From contig CAIZZF010000019.1 in assembly GCA_903937385.1 (NCBI GenBank), positions 20,993 to 84,992 on the forward strand: DNA of 64,000 nt, written 5' to 3'. The notes under the pieces were generated by a model, which saw only the letters and a program-made list of their open reading frames with translations, did not search any database and was not told the origin of the DNA. Every line of letters starts with the position of its first letter. Positions within the stretch are counted from its first letter, which is position 1. This stretch comes from an uncultured Holophagaceae bacterium (GTDB lineage: Bacteria > Acidobacteriota > Holophagae > Holophagales > Holophagaceae). The position numbers were made by a program, and so were the translations under genes. This document shows, piece by piece, positions 58,588 to 64,000 of this stretch.

Positions 58588-60093
58588 TTATTTTACTTCG
58601 AGCTTGCGGGCTTCGAGGAGGTGGCCCAGGGACTTCTCCAGGGCGGTGACTGCCTTGGCGTAGGTGATCTGGGACTGCAGCTCTGCGCTCTTGGAGGTGT
58701 CGAGGTCGTTCTGCTTGGACAGCACCAGGAAGTTGGTGCTCATGCCGTTCTCGAACTTCTTCTGCTCGGCCTCGAGGTCCTTCTCGCGGAAGTAGCGGGT
58801 CTTCTCGGCGGCGGCCACGCCCTTGGCGGAGGCCTCGACGTTCCGGTAGGACTGGCGCACTTCTAGAGTGATGCCCAGCTCCAGGTCGCGCAGGCTCAGC
58901 TCGCTGGAGCGGCGGTTGGCGCGGGCCTGGGCCTGGTTGCCCTTGGCGGCGCGGTTCTGGATGGGCAGGGCGAACTGGATGCCCACGCTGTAGCCGGGAT
59001 AGGCACTCTTGGTGAGGTCCTTGTTCACGGCAGCCAGGCCCTCAGAGGGGATCTGGGAGGCGGCATTGCCGGTGTAAGTGGCATAGGCGTCCAGCTGGGG
59101 CAGCAGCCGGTTGCTGGCGGCCGTCTCCAGGACCTGCTTGGACTCCAGGTCCAGGCGGGCGCTCTTCAATTCCAGGCGGTTGGCCAGGGCCTGCTTCTCG
59201 GCGGTGGCCTCGTTGAGCTCCAGGGGCTTGACGCTGGGCGCATCGGCCAGCTCTAGGCCCGCCGGGCGCTCCGTAGAGGGGTAGAGGGCGCGGATGAGGG
59301 CGTCCTTGGCGTTCAGTAGCTGGGCGTCGGCCGCGATGATGTCCTGCTCGCGCTGGGCCACGGAGGCCTCGGACGAGGTCACCTCGATGGGCGCCAGGGT
59401 GCCGACCTGCACGCGGATCTGGTTCTCCCGCAGCTGCTTCTGGGCCAGGTCCAGGGCCTGCCGCTTGTTCTCCAGGTTGCGCTGGGCGAAGACCATGTCC
59501 CAGTAGAGGGACTCGGTGCTGGCCACGAGGTCGATGATGGCCTTGGTGAAGCCGAGGTCCGCGGCCTGGGCGCTCTTGCGGGCGACGATGAGCCGGCTCT
59601 CCGTGACGTCCCGGCCGAAGTTCCGGAGCAGGCTCTGGGTGTAGGTGGCCGAGAGGCTGCCGTCGTAGGGGGTCGTGGTGGCGGTGCTCCCATAGAGGGC
59701 GCCGCTGGCGGAGGAGTACTTGGGCGCATAGCTGAGGCTGAGGTTGCCGCCCCAGCCGAAGGCCTTGGTGGAGCCTACGGTGAGGCTGCGAGACTGGACG
59801 GTGCCGTCCAGAGTGGTGAAGCTGCCACCGAGACCCTGGAAGCGGGAGGCATCCTGGGCCTTGCTGAGGTTGAGCCCGGCCGTGAGGTTCCAGTCGAAGG
59901 CGCCCTCTTCCACGGTGAGGCCCGCCCGGGTGAAGTCCCGGGACTCGATGGCGATCTGCACCTGCAGGTTGTTCTTGAGCGAGGTCTCGATGGCGCTCTG
60001 GAGGGTCAGCTTCGTGGCGGCGGGCTTGGGCGCCTGCTGCCCGACCAGGGAGAACGCCACAAGCATGGCCGGAAAGATCAGGGGACGCATCAT
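58588..60093 (-). CDS. TolC-family outer membrane efflux protein
   Basis: Signal peptide; LTLQSAIETSLKNN, RLLPQLD, EQKKFENGMST coiled-coil OEP repeats. Confidence 0.9.
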   Translation of the reverse strand: MMRPLIFPAMLVAFSLVGQQAPKPAATKLTLQSAIETSLKNNLQVQIAIESRDFTRAGLTVEEGAFDWNLTAGLNLSKAQDASRFQGLGGSFTTLDGTVQSRSLTVGSTKAFGWGGNLSLSYAPKYSSASGALYGSTATTTPYDGSLSATYTQSLLRNFGRDVTESRLIVARKSAQAADLGFTKAIIDLVASTESLYWDMVFAQRNLENKRQALDLAQKQLRENQIRVQVGTLAPIEVTSSEASVAQREQDIIAADAQLLNAKDALIRALYPSTERPAGLELADAPSVKPLELNEATAEKQALANRLELKSARLDLESKQVLETAASNRLLPQLDAYATYTGNAASQIPSEGLAAVNKDLTKSAYPGYSVGIQFALPIQNRAAKGNQAQARANRRSSELSLRDLELGITLEVRQSYRNVEASAKGVAAAEKTRYFREKDLEAEQKKFENGMSTNFLVLSKQNDLDTSKSAELQSQITYAKAVTALEKSLGHLLEARKLEVK

Positions 60094-60239
60094 CACCACT
60101 CCTTGGAGATCAAAAAGAGCCGCCGCACGGACAGACTGCCTACGGGTGGCACGAGTCCTTGGTTTAGACCCGGATCCTCTGCAGGATGCCTCCCTCGTAT
60201 GATGAGGGCAAGGGCTAATTCATCAAGCGTTGAAAACAT

Positions 60240-61379
<1,140 letters not shown>

Positions 61380-61492
61380 GGGGGCTCCAGGGTTGGTCTT
61401 AGCTTAACAAGCGGCCGGGGCCCCCCTGCCAGGGAGGACCTGGACGGACGTCACAAGCTGCGGGTGTGGTCTTCGGTCGAAGCTCCAGGCAA

Positions 61493-62620
61493 TCAGGCGC
61501 CCAGAACGCTGCGGAGGCGGGCCAGGGCGGCTTTGGAGCCTTCCCACCTCATGCGCTCGTGGGCTTCGTCCAGGCTGCACCAGAGGAACTCGGTGTGCTC
61601 ATCGGGGGCCAGGACAACCTCGGCGTCCCTGGAGACTTCCATGGCGAAGCAGATCTCGGTGTTGAACCGGGGCTCGCCCTCGGGGAAGCCGAGGATGGCG
61701 GGGTCCACCCAGAAGGTGTGGGCGAAGTCCAGGGAGCGCAGGCTGCCCCGGAGGCCCGTCTCCTCCTGCAGCTCGCGGTGGGCCGTCTCCTCGGGCGTCT
61801 CGCCGGGCTCCATCATGCCGGTGACACTCTGCCACCAGAAGCCGTGCTCGGGCACCCGCAGCATCATGAGGATCTCGGGGCCCGCGACGCCCCGGCGCCA
61901 GGTGAGGGCGGACACGCTGCGGGTGGGGGGCTGGACGGGCTGGAGGTCCAGGGCGAGGTAATGGATCAGATGGCCCTGCAGGAAGTCCGCGGCCTCCTCC
62001 AAGGTGGGGGCGCCGTCCCCCAGCAGGGAGGCGAGGCTGCAGACGCCCTTGTCCGTGAAGCCGCAGGGCGTGATCCAGCGGAAGTGGTCAAGGTTCGGGC
62101 GGACGTTGAAGGCGATGCCGTGGGTGCTGATCCAGCGGCTAAGGTGGAGGCCGATGGCGCCCAGCTTCTCGGGGCCGCGGGGCGTGTCCACCCAGATGCC
62201 AGGTGCGCCGGGCAGCCGGTCTGCCACGACGCCGAAATCCGCGGCCGTGCGGATCATGGCCTCCTCCAGGCCACGAACCAGGCGCCCCACATCCTGGCGG
62301 CCGCCGCGCAGGTTGCAGATGGGGTAGGCCACGATCTGGCCGGGGCCGTGGTAGGTGACCTCGCCACCGCGGTCCGTGCGGTGGACGCTGACCCCCTGGG
62401 AGGCGAGGAAGTCTTCGCTCATGTGGATGTCCGCCGGGGTCGCGTTGCGGCCCAGGGTGAAGACGGGGTCGTGCTCCAGCATGATCAGCTGATCCGGCAG
62501 GTCCTTCTCACCCACTTCCCGGGCCAGGGCGTGCTGCATGCGCAGCCCCGCCGGGTAGAGCACCATCCCGAAGCGGCGGAGCTGGGCGGGGCGGGGGAGG
62601 GTGAAGCCGGTCTCGGACAT
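61493..62620 (-). CDS. lipB: Lipoyl(octanoyl) transferase LipB fused to a C-terminal NudB-like NUDIX hydrolase
   Basis: EHDPVFTLGR, RGGEVTYHGPGQ, KLGAIG, PCG (LipB); WQSVTGMMEPGETPEETAHRELQEETG (Nudix box). Confidence 0.88.
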   Translation of the reverse strand: MSETGFTLPRPAQLRRFGMVLYPAGLRMQHALAREVGEKDLPDQLIMLEHDPVFTLGRNATPADIHMSEDFLASQGVSVHRTDRGGEVTYHGPGQIVAYPICNLRGGRQDVGRLVRGLEEAMIRTAADFGVVADRLPGAPGIWVDTPRGPEKLGAIGLHLSRWISTHGIAFNVRPNLDHFRWITPCGFTDKGVCSLASLLGDGAPTLEEAADFLQGHLIHYLALDLQPVQPPTRSVSALTWRRGVAGPEILMMLRVPEHGFWWQSVTGMMEPGETPEETAHRELQEETGLRGSLRSLDFAHTFWVDPAILGFPEGEPRFNTEICFAMEVSRDAEVVLAPDEHTEFLWCSLDEAHERMRWEGSKAALARLRSVLGA

Positions 62621-62661
62621 GGCTTGAGTGTAGCTGGGGCAGGGCGGGGGGAGTGGGCTGG

Positions 62662-62797
62662 GCTATCAGCTGTCAGCTCTCAGCTCTCAGCCTCCATTCG
62701 GGCCATCGGCGCCTTCTTTCACTGACAGCAGACAGCCGACAGCCAAGAAACCCGGCGCCTTCTTTCACTGAAAGCTGATAGCTGATAGCCGACAGCG
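62662..62797. repeat. Heptamer tandem-repeat palindrome (TNTCAGC / CTGANAG) with a duplicated right arm
   Basis: Four TNTCAGC units at 62664-62691; CTGACAG-type units at 62722 and 62768; 18-bp direct repeat at 62708 and 62754. Confidence 0.8.
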
Positions 62798-62800
62798 CCC

Positions 62801-63292
62801 TCAGGGCAGCTGATCATTCAGCAGCACATTCCGGGTCTGGGCCTCGCGGTAGGCCTGGAGGCGGGCGGCCAGGGCTCTATCGGTGCCTGCGAGGATGGCC
62901 GCGGCGAAGAGGGCTGCGTTCACAGCCCCGGCCTTGCCGATGGCCATGGTGCCCACGGGGATGCCAGCGGGCATCTGCACGATGGACAGCAGGGAGTCCA
63001 TGCCGCTCAGTGCCTTGCTCTGGACGGGTACACCCAGCACGGGCAGGGGCGTCTTGGCGGCGGCCATGCCTGGCAGGTGGGCTGCCCCTCCGGCCCCGGC
63101 GATGATCACGCGCAGCCCCCGGCTCTCGGCCTGCTCGCAGTAGCGGAAGAGCTTGTCCGGCGTGCGGTGGGCGCTGACCACCTCGGCCTCGAAGGGAATG
63201 CCGAGCTCCTCCAGCGTCGCCGCCGTGTGCTCCATGGTCTCCCAGTCCGAGCGGGAACCCATAATGAGGCCGACCTGCGGTGAGGAACTCAT
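62801..63292 (-). CDS. purE: N5-CAIR mutase (class I PurE)
   Basis: [45 protein letters not shown]. Confidence 0.96.
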   Translation of the reverse strand: MSSSPQVGLIMGSRSDWETMEHTAATLEELGIPFEAEVVSAHRTPDKLFRYCEQAESRGLRVIIAGAGGAAHLPGMAAAKTPLPVLGVPVQSKALSGMDSLLSIVQMPAGIPVGTMAIGKAGAVNAALFAAAILAGTDRALAARLQAYREAQTRNVLLNDQLP

Positions 63293-63393
63293 GAGCGGCC
63301 CACTTGAGGGGCGTTCGAACGGAAGCTGGGGCAGCGGTCTGAGCCAGCGCAGTCGGCGAAGAAGATCAGGCCAACGAGCGGTGCAGTGGACAT
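63289..63393 (-). other. 34-aa upstream ORF resembling the PurE N-terminus
   Basis: GGGAG RBS; [34 protein letters not shown]; stop overlaps the purE ATG (ATGA). Confidence 0.45.
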
Positions 63394-63522
63394 GGAGGAC
63401 TCCCGTCTAGATGGTGGCAGAACCACAGGATATCCCTTTTTATCTCAGGTTCGGCGCACCCGAACCTGAGCAAAGCGTAGGCAAGGTAGGGCCCTTCGCC
63501 CACCTTGGGCCATGATGGTTCC

Positions 63523-64000
63523 ATGGCGAACGTGGTGGTGGTGGGTGGCGGCGCGGCGGGGCTGGTGGCGGCCTGGCGGGCGGCCACGCTGGGCCACCGG
63601 GTGCGGCTGCTGGAGGCCAACGGGCGGCTGGGCGTGAAGCTCCGCATCAGCGGCGGCGGGAAGTGCAACCTCACCCACGACGGCCCGGCCCAGAGCCTGC
63701 TTGCGGCTTTCACGCGGGACCAGGGCCGGTTCCTGCGGCCCAGCCTGCACGCCTTCGACAACCAGGCGGTGCTGGAGCTGCTGCGCCGGGAGGGCGTGGC
63801 GACCTACACCCGGGAGAACGGCCGCGTCTTCCCCCTGGACCGGCCGGGCAGCGCCGCCGCCGTGGTGGAGGCCTTCGAGACCCTGGTGGCCCGCGCGGGC
63901 GTCCAGGTGCAGACCGGCGCCCGCGTGCTGGGTGTGGAGGGGCAGGTGCCCCGGCTGACGGCCGTGTGCCTAGAGCAGGAGCGCCTGGTCGCGGACGTCT
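63523..64000 (+). CDS. HI0933/BaiN-family NAD(P)/FAD-dependent oxidoreductase (partial, runs off the window)
   Basis: Manually translated: MANVVVVGGGAAGL...EAN...GVKLRISGGGKCNLT...ENGRVFP; not in the ORF track. Confidence 0.9.
   Translation, partial: MANVVVVGGGAAGLVAAWRAATLGHRVRLLEANGRLGVKLRISGGGKCNLTHDGPAQSLLAAFTRDQGRFLRPSLHAFDNQAVLELLRREGVATYTRENGRVFPLDRPGSAAAVVEAFETLVARAGVQVQTGARVLGVEGQVPRLTAVCLEQERLVADV

Noticed and set aside
60100-60200. tolC 5' leader resembling the P3 arm of a c-di-GMP-I riboswitch (CCGGGTCTAAACC...GTAGGCAG on the - strand)
   Set aside because: The GGCAAAC/GAAA tetraloop and GACGCAAAG elements are missing. An Infernal search against Rfam would decide; not supportable by eye.

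Overview
High-GC bacterial chromosomal window. Gene content (DUF6526-like protein, tandem Oar-like TonB-dependent receptors, Bacteroides/Geobacter-type sdhCAB) suggests Acidobacteriota, probably Holophagae (Geothrix/Holophaga-like); this is inference. Bases 1-~4680 are the visibly lower-GC edge of a prophage or integrative element. It carries a tyrosine integrase, an HU-like protein, two hypotheticals, a duplicated promoter/leader module, a degenerate DnaC-like loader and a replication initiator with internal iterons, and it abuts the 5' end of tRNA-Thr(CGT). The rest is mostly host genes. Signalling and redox: PAS hybrid kinase, two PilZ proteins, hemerythrin, MsrB-MsrA. Transport: a MacAB-like ABC exporter and TolC. 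Central metabolism: malic enzyme, ackA, an orphan E1-alpha, sdhCAB, H+-PPase, class I and II aldolases, hbd, crotonase, acyl-CoA dehydrogenase, nadC, purE. Translation and RNA: arfB, prfC, CCA enzyme. Envelope and proteolysis: two Oar-like receptors, a SpoIVB-like protease with a beta-propeller partner, a mini-MotA, two S9 peptidases. The most unusual observations are a three-layer nested palindromic repeat element (55.7-56.2 kb) from a dispersed repeat family, the circularly permuted SpoIVB-type protease locus, the duplicated operator/leader-peptide module in the prophage, a LipB-NudB-like fusion, a MotA lacking its cytoplasmic domain, a 17-bp bidirectional leaderless promoter and a purE-like upstream ORF. 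No rRNA, CRISPR array, transposase or reverse transcriptase was seen. All family assignments come from motif recognition by eye, not from database searches.
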